Positions 39,801 to 49,000 of a stretch of DNA of 64,000 nucleotides are shown here, one piece after another. The notes beneath the pieces are model-generated. The model did not search any database and had not been told where the DNA came from. It worked only from the letters and a program-made list of their open reading frames with translations. The stretch covers positions 37,510,001 to 37,574,000 of the forward strand of contig CAIIXF020000001.1 in assembly GCA_903813345.2 (NCBI GenBank), written 5' to 3'. A program made the translations under genes and the position numbers. How positions within the stretch are numbered: the first letter of the stretch is position 1; every line of letters begins with the position of its first letter. Source of the DNA: Owenia fusiformis (lineage: Eukaryota).

Positions 39801-41254
39801 CGATTGCAATACTTTATAATTGATCAATTCATGGTAATATCACCGGTCCATAGATACAAATGAACCTACTGTTAATAGCTGTTGTTTTGATATGGCTATA
39901 GCATATACGACTTAACACAACTTTATGCGTTGGTGTATGGATTATGTGGGCCACGGGCGCATAAACGCATTAAACTGAGGGGACAGAGAAACGTTTTAAC
40001 TTCCCTACTTCCTAAAAAGAGTTAAAAATTAAGAAAAATGGTACAAAAAGTGTTGTTTTGAGTTATCATCTATACACAATTTTTGTTCTCTTTGCATAAT
40101 GTTTTCAGGATCATTTTATTCACCTAAAATATGATGTCCGTGTCAAGAAACACAAATATCGGGTGTCCCAAAAATGAGCCACTTTTTGACAAGTATTTTC
40201 TCGGCAACTTATAAACTAAGTTCACTGAAAATTTTTACCACGTAGCCTTAGAGTATCATAAGCAAGTTGTAAAAATATAAAAAAGATCAGGTTAATATTC
40301 TGTGAGTACTTGGAAATTCAAAAATTCAAAAATTCAGCTCTGTGATGAGACCTCTATTGTGCTTGTCCCAGCTATCAGGTGACAGCATCTCTCAATCAAT
40401 CAAAATAGCTCGTCTGTGTGGCATGTCTAGTAATTAATTCATTTCATTCTTCCCAAATATCCAGAATCCATTCATTCTCAAAATTCATTGAAGGTGATAT
40501 TGTTGGAATAAATATGGAGAAGTATTTTTGCTTGGAATGGATTAATAAGTGGCTTTTACAATGACATTTTTTATTTAACATACTTTCTTTAATTCAAAAA
40601 TACACGTACATAGTACGTATTATATGAGACCAATCTCTAACATACTCATAGCACTAGCAGAAGATACCCTGTAATGCCCCAAGTAAAGTTTTTAAAGAAT
40701 TTGGCTAATTTATTGCTGAGAAATTACTTCCATTTTTGAAACAAACGTTATGAAGTTCTCGTTGCGTTGCTCCGGTATGGGATCTTTTGAAATGCCATCT
40801 TGAATTTCTTATTGCTCACATTACATTTACTTGATCTTTTCATTTTTTATATTTTTATTTTATACCTTGCTAACGATACTCTTGGGCTACTTTGTACGAA
40901 TTTTCAGTTGCCGAGAATTTACAAATGCTAAATGTCAAAAGTGTCTCCTTTTTTGGGACACCCGATATACAATGTACAAAAGCGAATAATTTCAATCTAT
41001 CATCGCATGTCACTACATACGAGTTCAAAAATAAATAAGGGAAGTGAATTTACCTTATCTCCGTATATGTGCTTTCTAATCAAGTTGAAGATCTTCGATA
41101 TTACTCCAACAAAAACTCCAAGCACTAAAACAGTAACTACTAGATGCCACGATTCCAAACTCTTTTGAATTCCTATACCACTATTCGTTCCATTCAAGTT
41201 GCCATTCCATAATGCAGATACATTCATACAATCTGTGTGATTCCTTAGCTTCAT
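305..41254 (-). CDS. DUR3: Urea-proton/solute:cation symporter DUR3-like (SLC5/SSS superfamily), complete 13-exon gene model, ~897 aa
   Basis: Exons 41054-41254, 23249-23371, 22742-22952, 20228-20443, 19524-19646, 18254-18460, 15847-16004, 9259-9392, 6598-6760, 6108-6318, 3646-3814, 1926-2115, 305-892. All introns are GT-AG, phases are consistent, total 2694 nt. DUR3 motifs: SQWTWxATLLxSS, YGISGPFWYAAGA, RAPGAKTFLQVIKARFG, SYLTM..FGIINIIGNFG.VFVDQSFWQS, STGSAE, DIDNPLSPW. Confidence 0.95.
1926..2115 (-). CDS. DUR3: DUR3 exon 12
   Basis: aacag|ELGISGAHLLDRRPSL...LVIWPLSAMSSGVMNLSEFIIW|gtagg. Confidence 0.92.
2575..3005 (+). mobile_element. Degenerate non-LTR retrotransposon reverse-transcriptase fragment
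   Basis: Frame-broken RT motifs ASLDSAKSFDKV, VRQGGVLSGWLYNIFID, TYADDICL. Confidence 0.8.
3646..3814 (-). CDS. DUR3: DUR3 exon 11 (absent from ORF track)
   Basis: aatag|SESSMLWGNLSAIASGGLI...IWENTRDIDNPLSPWPEMYAR|gtaagt. Confidence 0.92.
3880..4753. mobile_element. Tc1/mariner-type MITE with long (~250 bp) TIRs
   Basis: TA|cactcccctccataagtttggcaacc ... ggttgccaaacttatggaggggagtg|TA. Confidence 0.88.
6108..6318 (-). CDS. DUR3: DUR3 exon 10
   Basis: tgcag|VSLSWVYLFMGILIGPAVVPVSLCMFWARLT...FFENTG|gtttg. Confidence 0.94.
6598..6760 (-). CDS. DUR3: DUR3 exon 9
   Basis: aaag|LRMECRRAVKPGFRCSVHGDFRAY...KNWCIVWCC...LSALK|gtagaa. Confidence 0.9.
6843..9006. repeat. Composite: two head-to-tail copies (~6843-7423, ~7424-8002) and one inverted copy (~8438-9006) of a ~580-bp double-hairpin element, around an unrelated double-hairpin element (~8008-8436)
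   Basis: The unit agaatatcacatc...atgtgatatt + ttatccc(a/g)tgatt...aatcgtgggataa is seen three times. Confidence 0.88.
9259..9392 (-). CDS. DUR3: DUR3 exon 8 (Cys-rich insertion; absent from ORF track)
   Basis: ttacag|PHRLVTDANSCILCGKAKGRMSRLNRDKCRCQSMTYCIDCHRDD|gtgagt; phases 0/2 bridge exons 7 and 9. Confidence 0.88.
9500..10062. repeat. Diverged ~300-bp tandem duplication
   Basis: Blocks tggccattta.ttcaat / ttacgaattcaca / aatgaagtgtatttt / catatggacaaac each occur twice, about 270-300 bp apart. Confidence 0.7.
11164..11169 (-). terminator. Candidate AATAAA polyadenylation signal of the nested C1GALT1-like gene
   Basis: tttatt on + (AATAAA on -), about 110 nt downstream of the stop codon; the AT-rich background weakens significance. 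Confidence 0.5.
11281..11427 (-). CDS. C1GALT1: C1GALT1-like exon 3 (absent from ORF track)
   Basis: ttccag|GPGNISDYSISFHYVKPRMMYHLDFFTYHLRPYGIITGNQDLNAITKL*. Confidence 0.92.
   Translation of the reverse strand, partial: GPGNISDYSISFHYVKPRMMYHLDFFTYHLRPYGIITGNQDLNAITKL
11281..13391 (-). CDS. C1GALT1: Core-1 beta-1,3-galactosyltransferase (T-synthase, GT31), complete 3-exon model, ~351 aa, nested in DUR3 intron 7
   Basis: Exons 13145-13391 (type II TM anchor), 11696-12357 (VRVLCWVMT, TWAKRC, WFLKADDDTFVIVENL, YMSGGGGYVLS, AEDVEMGKC), 11281-11427 (SDYSISFHY, YHLRPYG, stop TAG). GT-AG introns, phases 1 and 0, total 1056 nt. Confidence 0.93.
11696..12357 (-). CDS. C1GALT1: C1GALT1-like exon 2 (catalytic domain)
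   Basis: tttcag|DNTSSADTLYKTVRVLCWVMT...KADDDT...YDANGATY|gtaag. Confidence 0.96.
13145..13391 (-). CDS. C1GALT1: C1GALT1-like exon 1 (signal-anchor and stem)
   Basis: MIKHRHRFLFLIVGLMLGFFIHSF...GHNHR|gtaatg; phase 1 matches the exon 2 acceptor. Confidence 0.75.
14815..14975 (-). promoter_or_regulatory. Candidate internal promoter and short non-coding first exon for the nested gene
   Basis: Cluster of CCAAT/ATTGG boxes (~14825, ~14908, ~14968), TGACGTC (14881), TATATAG on - (~14861-14867) and a gtgagt donor on - at 14815-14820, about 1.4 kb upstream of the C1GALT1 ATG. Confidence 0.3.
15847..16004 (-). CDS. DUR3: DUR3 exon 7
   Basis: tttag|GLVPVIVAQRLFGKLG...STGSAEVIAVASILVYDIYQIHLK|gtaag. 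Confidence 0.95.
16800..17999. mobile_element. Probable non-autonomous TIR element
   Basis: Imperfect terminal inverted match tataccaaggg..caatacccgg vs ccgggtattg..cccttgatttata. Confidence 0.45.
18254..18460 (-). CDS. DUR3: DUR3 exon 6
   Basis: ccag|GNFGAVFVDQSFWQSGVAAKP...WFAIPFVFATTMGL...QVNEG|gtgag. Confidence 0.95.
19524..19646 (-). CDS. DUR3: DUR3 exon 5 (absent from ORF track)
   Basis: taatag|SIASLHRLLSCKIGPPENLDNSYLTMVSSKGFMFGIINII|gtaag. Confidence 0.92.
19727..20153 (-). mobile_element. Tc1/mariner-derived remnant related to 49694-50267
   Basis: Ends tgaccaccctg|ta; translated PDFYLW..K...IADLK resembles the transposase C-terminal SPDL.P.DFYLWG region; shares gtaggaaattgaatgatg with the 49.7-kb element. 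Confidence 0.7.
20228..20443 (-). CDS. DUR3: DUR3 exon 4
   Basis: tttag|GAVVLTTL...GGLGATFYISYFN...DNPLG|gtaagt. Confidence 0.93.
20607..22551. mobile_element. TIR-bounded element with internal ACCATGGT-rich minisatellite, interrupted by a double-hairpin element at ~20742-21171
   Basis: Imperfect inverted ends accatgtttaaa / tttcaacatggt; dozens of ccatgg palindromes with tandem ~110-130-bp units at ~21190-21900. Confidence 0.65.
22742..22952 (-). CDS. DUR3: DUR3 exon 3
   Basis: tttcag|YGISGPFWYAAGATIQ...RAPGAKTFLQVIKARFG...AMLMLG|gtatg. Confidence 0.95.
23249..23371 (-). CDS. DUR3: DUR3 exon 2
   Basis: ttgaag|ENLDISFDAGGRVSSGLTATTIVSQWTWTATLLKSSAVASK|gtaac. Confidence 0.93.
23769..24256. 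repeat. Hairpin element with a partial tandem second copy
   Basis: ttattgaatgatttgaagtgcaatacaggatatattctgt is inverted at ~23866-23905 and repeated directly from ~24182. Confidence 0.75.
27774..28583. mobile_element. ~810-bp non-autonomous TIR element (family X), inserted into an older related copy (~27614-28840)
   Basis: TIR accc(c/t)(c/a)ctatcacaccaaactagttct; TA duplication; the flanks rejoin as gaac-ta-gagcatgctc, matching uninterrupted related sequence at ~39262. Confidence 0.9.
29480..30260. repeat. ~320-bp tandem repeat, about 2.4 copies
   Basis: ctttaattcataa.ttt.gaagta...acttaatttttcaccaaaatt recurs at ~29490, ~29806 and ~30134. Confidence 0.85.
30590..31090 (+). mobile_element. 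Non-autonomous Helitron-like element (3' end defined, 5' end approximate)
   Basis: Internal aa(a/g)atggccgccat repeats; terminal hairpin gctactccgtggagttgc followed by CTAG|t at 31087-31091. Confidence 0.6.
32138..32440 (-). mobile_element. Second Helitron-like 3' end, opposite strand (5' extent approximate)
   Basis: Reverse complement tgggatttgctacgctttggcgttgctgttttCTAG|t is homologous to the end at 31090. Confidence 0.55.
32692..35130 (-). mobile_element. Degenerate 5'-truncated CR1-group LINE (ORF2 RT region and 3' tail)
   Basis: Frameshifted ORFs with PWLT, SPGPDGI, NYRPISVL, LDFSKTFDTINH, GVPQGSVLGPLLF, FADDT, GPNLWNALP; 3' tail aaataaataaattgaattgaa. Confidence 0.92.
35131..36970 (-). 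mobile_element. Degenerate Tx1/L1-clade LINE ORF2 fragment (post-RT region), interrupted by family X
   Basis: IKILGV, WQSRNLTILGKIQIVKTFGLSKF, FKFIWNGNDKIKR, GGLLLLLNCNF, IIWNNENI. Confidence 0.85.
35886..36695. mobile_element. Family X TIR element, near-identical to 27774-28583
   Basis: Same TIRs; about ten substitutions relative to the 27.8-kb copy, counted by eye. Confidence 0.92.
37306..37661. mobile_element. Double-hairpin non-autonomous element
   Basis: aatatagacc...gggctaggcacaaa / tttgtgcctagccc...ggtctatatt, then attcgaacatga ... tcatgtttgaat. Confidence 0.7.
39146..39740. mobile_element. Diverged partial family X relative, reverse orientation
   Basis: Starts accctactatcacacctagttctcactacg; shares aactggttttaaactgtgtgcgaac and gaattttgaatc blocks. 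Confidence 0.75.
40159..40965. mobile_element. Tc1/mariner-type MITE ~90 bp inside DUR3 intron 1
   Basis: TA|tcgggtgtcccaaaaa ... tttttgggacacccga|TA. Confidence 0.8.
41054..41254 (-). CDS. DUR3: DUR3 exon 1 (ATG; first TM segment)
   Basis: MKLRNHTDC...VVTVLVLGVFVGVISKIFNLIRKHIYGDK|gtaaat; phase 0 joins exon 2 ENLDISFDAGG. Confidence 0.8.
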
Positions 41255-41401
41255 TTTTATAGTTACATAAAATGTTACTATTTACCGAATAATATTGCGT
41301 CTTATTGGTGCATGTGAATATTATATACTGGCATATCACATTAACTAATTATAACAACGTGATTCATGTCACATCCGTAGCCATCTATTTCTGTAATACT
41401 T

Positions 41402-42032
41402 ACCCACCTATCAGACCAGACTAGTTCTCGACCGTTCTTTTAAGTCCTACAAAAAATGTAGTAAAACGGGCTAAATCTGGCTGTGGTCGGGAAATGTGTC
41501 AAAAATAGTTAGTTATTTCGTTCATAAACAGTTCTCAATACGTCCATCTCATTCGCAGTTCGTTCAGATCGCACAATGTCGGTGTGAACACGTACTGTAA
41601 TTGATATCCGTCGTTAACGCGTCCCTAGTAGGGCAAAAGTAAGACAATTACGTTTCTAGTCTAATAGGTCATCTCGTTTCAAGTACGCTGCCACACGATC
41701 TAATCACAGAACAGTAGAGTCGCAATCGAATTTTGAAATGATTAAAACTTCTTAATCACCTTCTCGTCGGTCCGCGTCCATGATGTTCGTAAATAGACCG
41801 TAGATAATTGCAGTTACGTTCGTTCCGTTCGTACACAGTTTAAAACCAGTTCGGCGACGTTTTGAAGAACGCAATGGCAGCTAGTTTGGTGTGATAGCTA
41901 TTTTATTTTATTCTATTTTTATTAGTCTTTTATCTAAGCAGTCTTTAATTAGTCCTTAATACGTTTAAACCCGTTTGCAATTAGTCCTACCTAATAAACG
42001 TCCTCAAAACGTCCAAAGAAAGTTCAACTAGT
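41402..42032. mobile_element. Diverged partial family X relative just upstream of the DUR3 ATG
   Basis: acccacctatcagaccagactagttct..., aatctggctgtggtcgggaaat, gtttggtgtgatagcta. Confidence 0.78.
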
Positions 42033-42524
42033 TCGAAATTTCCAAAATATTTTAGTTATTTTTAATGGATTATTAGATAATCTCTTTCTTGTTTTGTTAT
42101 TTTTTTCTTTTTGGTGATCAATTATGTAATATCTCCCAATCTTTTTGTACATTAACCATATCAAAAAATGTTGCTTTTGGGCCAGATATTAGACCTAATT
42201 GTTTTTCGGATTATCATAATCCCAAGGAGACTCATGTTTCCTTTTCAGAGGTAAATCATGACTTATAGTAGATTTCAATTTAGTCGTAAAAATTGGAATA
42301 AAATGCTGCAATTTTGGTGAAAATGGGCTCATAATTGGGGAAATTGGTGATGATGGGTGGATTAATGACAGCTAAAGACTTTATTTTCATTCTATTGTCC
42401 CTTATTAAAAATAACAGACAACACATTTGTTTTTGTGGTCAAATAATTATTAGAACTTACGTAAGAGCTATCAAAAAAAGCATGCAATAACGTACCTGCC
42501 TTTTTTAACCGTACATGCCTTGTT

Positions 42525-43293
42525 ACCCCTCTATCACACCAAACTAGTTCTTACCCGTTCTTGCCAGTCCTACGAAAACGTCGTAAAACGGGCTCAATCT
42601 GGCTGTGGTCGGGAAATATGTCTAAAATAATTAGCTACTTCGTTCATAAACAGTCTTCAATAAGTCCATCTCATTCGCAGTTCGTCCGGGTCGCACCACG
42701 TCGGTGTGCAACGTCGTATAACGCGTCCCTTAGTCTAGAAGGTCATCGTGACCTGATTAAAGAACGGTATGGTCGCCATCGAATTTTGAATCATTTCAAA
42801 ATTCTAAAATCACCTTCCCGTCTAAGAACGTTCATGAAGCTCGTAAATAGTCCTTATAAAGTTTCAGCTACGTCATTCCGTTCGCACACAGTTTAAAACC
42901 AGTTTTAAAGAACGCAGTGGCAACTTGTTTGGTGTGATAGCTATATTTTTGCTAACTCGTTCATAAGCAGTCTTTAATACGTTCTTAATCAGTTTAAACC
43001 CGTATGCAATTAGTTCTACCTCGTTCTCAATATGTCCTCAGACAGTTCAACTAGTTGTAAAATCGTCCCTAGTAGGATTGAAGTACGACGGTTCCGTTTG
43101 TGGTACGTACAGCTCGTCGTTAGTACGTTGTCACTCCTTCTAAATGTAGAACGTGACGACCACAAGAGCATTTTGAGCATGTTCTAAGTTCTAGAGGACC
43201 TACCCGTTCAAGTACGTTCGATGAAGTTTGTAAATAGAATTGAAGCCCGTTTTCGAGAACGTAGTGAGAAGTAGTTTGGTGTGATAGTAGGGT
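42525..43293. mobile_element. Family X TIR element (more diverged, small internal deletion)
   Basis: acccctctatcacaccaaactagttct ... tagtttggtgtgatagtagggt. Confidence 0.9.
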
Positions 43294-46014
43294 TAAATGT
43301 ACTGAAGCTGAACACCCATCTACTTCTCAATACACTTACATAGTACCTCCTAGTCAATACAAAAGAAATCAATTTTTCCTAAAATTGGTTCATGGACCAT
43401 TCACCTTTCATTGGAGTCAGTGCCCAGGGTGAGGTTTAAGTTAGATAAACAATTCTTATTGGACCTACAGTAGAGGCCTCGGCTATCATTTCTCCTAAAA
43501 CTAAATACCCATAGTATTTCCCTAACGTATTGATCTTTTTAAAAAAATGTATATTTTGTATGACCCCAATTTTGTTGGATTGAGACAATTTTAATGGCAT
43601 GTGGGGAGGGGAACGGGAAGGAAGGGCTGTTTAACAGTGTTCCTGTGTACAAGTTTGATTCGTCCTCTTCTTCTCAAAATCTCAAATTTTCCAAAATATT
43701 TTAATTATTTTTACGCATATTCCATTTTATCTTAGATTTAACCCCACTAAGGTAACAGTAGAACGAGATTTCAAAGAATGTACGGTTATACAAATAGGAA
43801 AGTACGTTCTTTTTTATAGTTTTTAAAGAATGTACACTTGGCAAGCTATCCTAAACCAGTGCGGCATATTGTGCTAATGTTATATTTAAATTGAGAAAGT
43901 ACTCATAAATGGTAAAAGATATGACTTTCTAAAATCACTTGCCATACTCTTCCTCGTTCTTTTGACGAAGGGAGAAAATTTGAAAGATGAGATTAAAGTA
44001 TATACATGTATACACGTAACGTTTAAGACTTGCGGCCATGTACCGTGAGATCTTCACATATTTGTACTAATAATAATTATGATTAACAAGTGACTAATTA
44101 TTAACATTATGGCATTGTGCTTAAATTAATTTGTGAGATATAATGCAGTCCGTAGCTATTTTCATCTTTCATGATATATCGTATATTTTTTGAAAGTTTT
44201 CTAAAAATCACTGTTATGTAATGGTAACGCGTACAGCGGTACCCTGGAGCAGAACAAAATCTGTAAATGAAAGTTTAATATAAAATTGTGTTATTAACCT
44301 GTTTTTGTAGTTGTTTACACACATATTTAATGATTTTTCAATAACAACTGTTACAGCATTAATGAATATAGCTTCCACCAGCTGTCCAATATAAGTAATA
44401 CTAATAAATCACTATGATGTCATAATAAAATATTAAGTGCATTGCTTGATTCTTTGGTGGGAGACTGGAGATCAGATTCCCATATGGGACCATTATCCCG
44501 TTCTACCTTACGTATTTTTCATTAACGAGCAGTATCCACGTTTAGTGCAACATACCACTGTGATACTTAACAATATCATTAGTTGTCCACCAAATATTTG
44601 AGAAAAATAAACTCGAAGACAACCTTCAATCTGTCTGTTATGGAAAACAACTGAAATAGTCTGCTATAAGTAGTCTTGGATATTTTTCAGATAGATGGAC
44701 TATAAAAGTGATCCTTATTCCATCCAACAAACGCAAACTGGGCTTCGACAGTGCAAGAAGAGGGAACGTGTTTTATTTTCGCAAAACCGCATCAGCTTAT
44801 ATTCAGAGTGTTTTGAGCTTCTTAAAAACTGGCTTAAACCACAATAGACTACAAACTTGTACATTTCATAGTTTTTGATTATTTACTTTCTATGAATAGA
44901 ACTCACGCATATTCTCCGCTGTCTCTACTATGCATTTATCATCCCAAGGAACAAAGTTCGCAAGCGATATAGTGAAGCCTTTCGTCCGTTCGTCCGTTCG
45001 TCCATTCGTCTGTTCGGACGATAACTCAAATAGCAGTTGGCAGAACGCGATTTGGTTCAAATTTTGATGGCTGATGCCTTATTTGCACAAGACCTCTACT
45101 CAAGAAGCAATTTTAAATCACTTTTCAATTAAATGTTTCCACGTTTGTTAAAATGAAGTTTTTGATAGTTTAAATACCAAAAGTGTCCAGATAGCCAGAT
45201 GTGTCCTCCTGGGACCTGTTGAGTCATTTTGGAACATGTTGAGTCCTGTAGAGTCCTGTCAAGTGCAACAACGTTCTGCTGAGTCCTCTGGAATCCTGCG
45301 AAGTCATGCAAGAGCCTCTATCTGTTGCAATGGGATATGTAGCATTTAGCAAAAAGTCTGATGAAGACCGATGAATTAATGAAACTGCTCATTCAACAAG
45401 TCCGGCGTTTTCTTCATCGCGGTCGGCATTGCGAACTCAATCGGACTTCTAGGACTCAACAGGATATCATAAGAACTCAACAGGATATCATAAGGACTCA
45501 ATAGGCAAAAGTCCTTCGACGTCCGATTTTGAAATATTATCAAAACCGGCAAAACCGGTGGTCTTTTCTTCTATTAGAAACGCACAGGACATAAAAAACG
45601 CTCAGTGTAAACCGGGCTTAGTATTCAAACAAATAGTCTTTGATATTCCATTTTCGCTGCTGAATATGGCTCAATACAACATATTCAGGATATAAAAAAT
45701 CAGTCTTTAATCATAATTTTCTTGTAAGATACAGTGATGCTGCAACAAAAGGCTTATTATACCACTTAAAGTTTATCCCTAGAGGCTATTCTTATACCTT
45801 TCAAAACGAGGCACATGTAACTTTAATTGAGGTAAAGTGCAATAAAAGCCAAATGCATTCGCATTGTGTATGGAATTTCATTCCGCGATGAATACATTCC
45901 ATAACCAACAAGAATTAATACTCCTTATTATATCATTCAGCGTTCTATGACCAGAAAATGTCTTGGTTTATCTAATTTTGGTATATACACCTCTCTCCGG
46001 AAGAATGTTATATG

Positions 46015-46064
46015 CTATCTACGTTGTGTTTGTCTCCTGTTGCTATATATTTCTCCAAGGTTCT
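46015..46064 (-). CDS. Astacin probable last coding exon
   Basis: tttcag|[16 protein letters not shown]; phase matches the previous exon. Confidence 0.6.
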
Positions 46065-49000
46065 CTGAAATCAAAGAGCAATTTATTAGAATGAAGAAAC
46101 TATTTTTAACGGTTTGGTGACAAATAAATCAGTGGCGGATCCGCCCCCCCCCACCCTCTCCCGTGGGCGTGATTTGGCCTTTTGGGCCAATTTATCAAAA
46201 AATTGGCCTTAATTTTTTTCCAATATAAACCCAATTTTAGGTTTTAAGGGGCCCAAAATTTATTTTCGCAGGCTCAAACCCCACCCTCCTTAGTTAATAT
46301 CTGGATCCGCCACTGAATAATAAACCCTTAATATACCATTTCCATGTACGTAATATAACATGTAACTGGTCCTAATTACTCTCCTCTATTGTGCTGCGCG
46401 TGCAATGTCTAAACTACTATTAATAAAGATAAAAATCACAATTTATCACGATCACAAGACAAAAAACAACATTAGTCTAATGTGGCATTTTTCTTTCTAC
46501 AGAGGAATCATACTTTAAACGTTAAAGCATATAATCGATGTCATCTTTCAATTGCTTTCATGCATATTATCAAATAACTGATATGTTCTATTTGCAGACG
46601 TTTCTGGAAAGTTCTCAATATGTTGAATCGACTTAGCTCTTTGACAAAAGATTGGCAAATGCAGATTTCTGTGAGAGCAATCACTTGATTTCTCTGCATC
46701 TCAGAGACGCAATGCATACAATCATATATGAATGTTTGATCCATTTAACATGCTGACCACACTATGATAGTTTTAATTTAAATTAACATGTTCAAATCCA
46801 AAATAACTGAAAATATATTTTCTCGAATAACCCCGATTTTAGACATCACCTTGTACATGCATATCATAGCTCATACCTTTTTCCAGTGGGGTTAATACTA
46901 AATCGTCATCATCTACAGATGGTATTATGTCATCGGATTCACTCATTAAAAGCGGGGACTCTAGTTGCATGATGATTGGATCATCCCCGGCTTTTAAGAC
47001 ACACTGACCATTCACTCCAGTGTATTTCTTGCAACACGGCTTACAACGTCTGCAAATTATTATGCAAACTATTGGTAGATGCTCATGCAGTGAAAATCGT
47101 TAGTCGTAATATTACCATTTTTCAAATTTTAGTCCATATCTTCTTTATGAAAAGTTAGATTTCAATTGTTCTCTCTAATTTAAGGACTTACCGTTCGCAT
47201 AAAGGGCTCCATGGTATACGGAAGAAGCATCTAAATTTCTCCGTACAGTCGGGTCCACAAACCTGTGTATTACATACACGCACTTCTTTTCGTAAAAAGT
47301 CTTTCCTGGAAAAAGAAAATTGCAAATATTTGTGATTTTATGATTCAGTCGGGTTGTATATCCGAGATGTATGTTTAAGATGCATGGTTTACTAAGTAGA
47401 AAGTACTAGATATATGTTTACTTATTCTATACTCAAATTATCATCAAACTATCAACGTATTTTTAATATTTTTAATTTTGGTATCATATCAGTTGCAGTT
47501 ACAATAATCTTGGACGTCAGGATGAATTTTCATATTAATTTGCATACCATGGTCCTCTATAGGAACATTTCCTGTATCTCACTTGCGTTCCACAGGCACC
47601 ACACTCCTTTGTGCATATTGACCAAGGATCCCATTCTTCACATGTGGGTGCTAAAAAAAATACAGCACACTTGAAATTAGCAACAGAATATTTATAAGCG
47701 AAACAAAGTCTGTTTGACTTAGTTCATTTATGACAGGTAAAAAAAAACTGATACAGTGCCAATTCACATATTTTCCTACAAGTCAATTTCAACTCCGCTG
47801 TCGTACGTTTGATCATTATGACAAAATATATCATGCCTTTCGGAATTAGAAGTTGTATTAATCACAGTGCAATACTGATTTGAAGTATTCAATTAATCAT
47901 ACATACAGATAAGGACACCATCCAAACGTTGGTTTTTTTCAATCGAGAGTTAATGTTCGGACAAAAAAGCGCCGTCAACTTTATTTCTACCCAGAAATAC
48001 CAATGTGCTCATTCTATACTGACCTTGGCAATGGGTGCTGTTGAATTCAATAACATTTTCACAACATGACGCTTTCTCCTTTATACAGGGAATCTTTTGA
48101 CCATTAGGCTGTCTGCATTTCGATTCTATCTGAATATTGAAAACGGCATCATGATATCTTTGTACTTATATTATATTTTATAATCTTGACGTTACCAATT
48201 AATTAATCTGTTAAAAACACTATAGATGTTTAGTGAGTTATTCCTGAAGCCTCGCTTACATTTGCTCGATATCTACGGCGGCTGTAGCTTCACGAAATCG
48301 ATATAGAAAATCGTAATTGTATTGCATTGTATCTTGTTCACCACCAACGAAGGTGAGCAATACCTCTTAGGTTTATCTACGGTCGTTTATCTACGGTCGT
48401 TTATGTACGGTCGTAATTAACGCATGTAATCATGAAAGGCAGACCCAGGAACCCCTCCTTGGAGGAGCCCTGTAATGCTTATCCCAATATTTTATGCTGC
48501 ATATTTCTCTCGATTTGGGGAAGCTACGGTCGCCGTATGGTTGCTGTAGATCAAATGTGAATGAGGCATTATAGGTAGGTATAGGTGCGCCGATACAAAT
48601 GTGTGCATACTTTGGCCACACATTTAGGTTGAATTGAGTTCGGAGAACCGGTACAACCCCCACACGGTGGTCCATCTTCGGGAGGCGATGGTGTTGGTTT
48701 TTCCCTAGGTTTCGTAGAAGGGGTTCTTTCAGAAGTGCTCATAGTAGTAGGCGTTTCAAAGGGCGCTGTAAAATTTAAGAAATTTAATGTTTGATAAATG
48801 GATAAACATGAACAAAACATAGATGTATATGACAAGTTATTTAATACGGTTGCAACTTACTTATCGTTTCATCCATGTGGGTTGACATGTCTGGCAATGT
48901 TGGGGCAGAAGTTGTTGTAGTTGTTGTGGTTGTTGAAGTTGTTGTCATACCAAGTGCAGCTTCACAAGCTGGATCTGTAAAAGACCACCACATTTTAACC

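Noticed and set aside
305..41254. DUR3 as bacterial/fungal contamination or recent horizontal transfer
   Set aside because: Twelve canonical introns filled with host TEs, and DUR3-like genes are known from invertebrates
41320..41330. TATA-like sequence ~70 bp upstream of the DUR3 ATG
   Set aside because: Plausible but indistinguishable from AT-rich background without TSS data
42561..42896. 111-aa ORF inside family X as a possible transposase
   Set aside because: No DDE or other motif and a non-ATG start; treated as a chance ORF in a non-autonomous element
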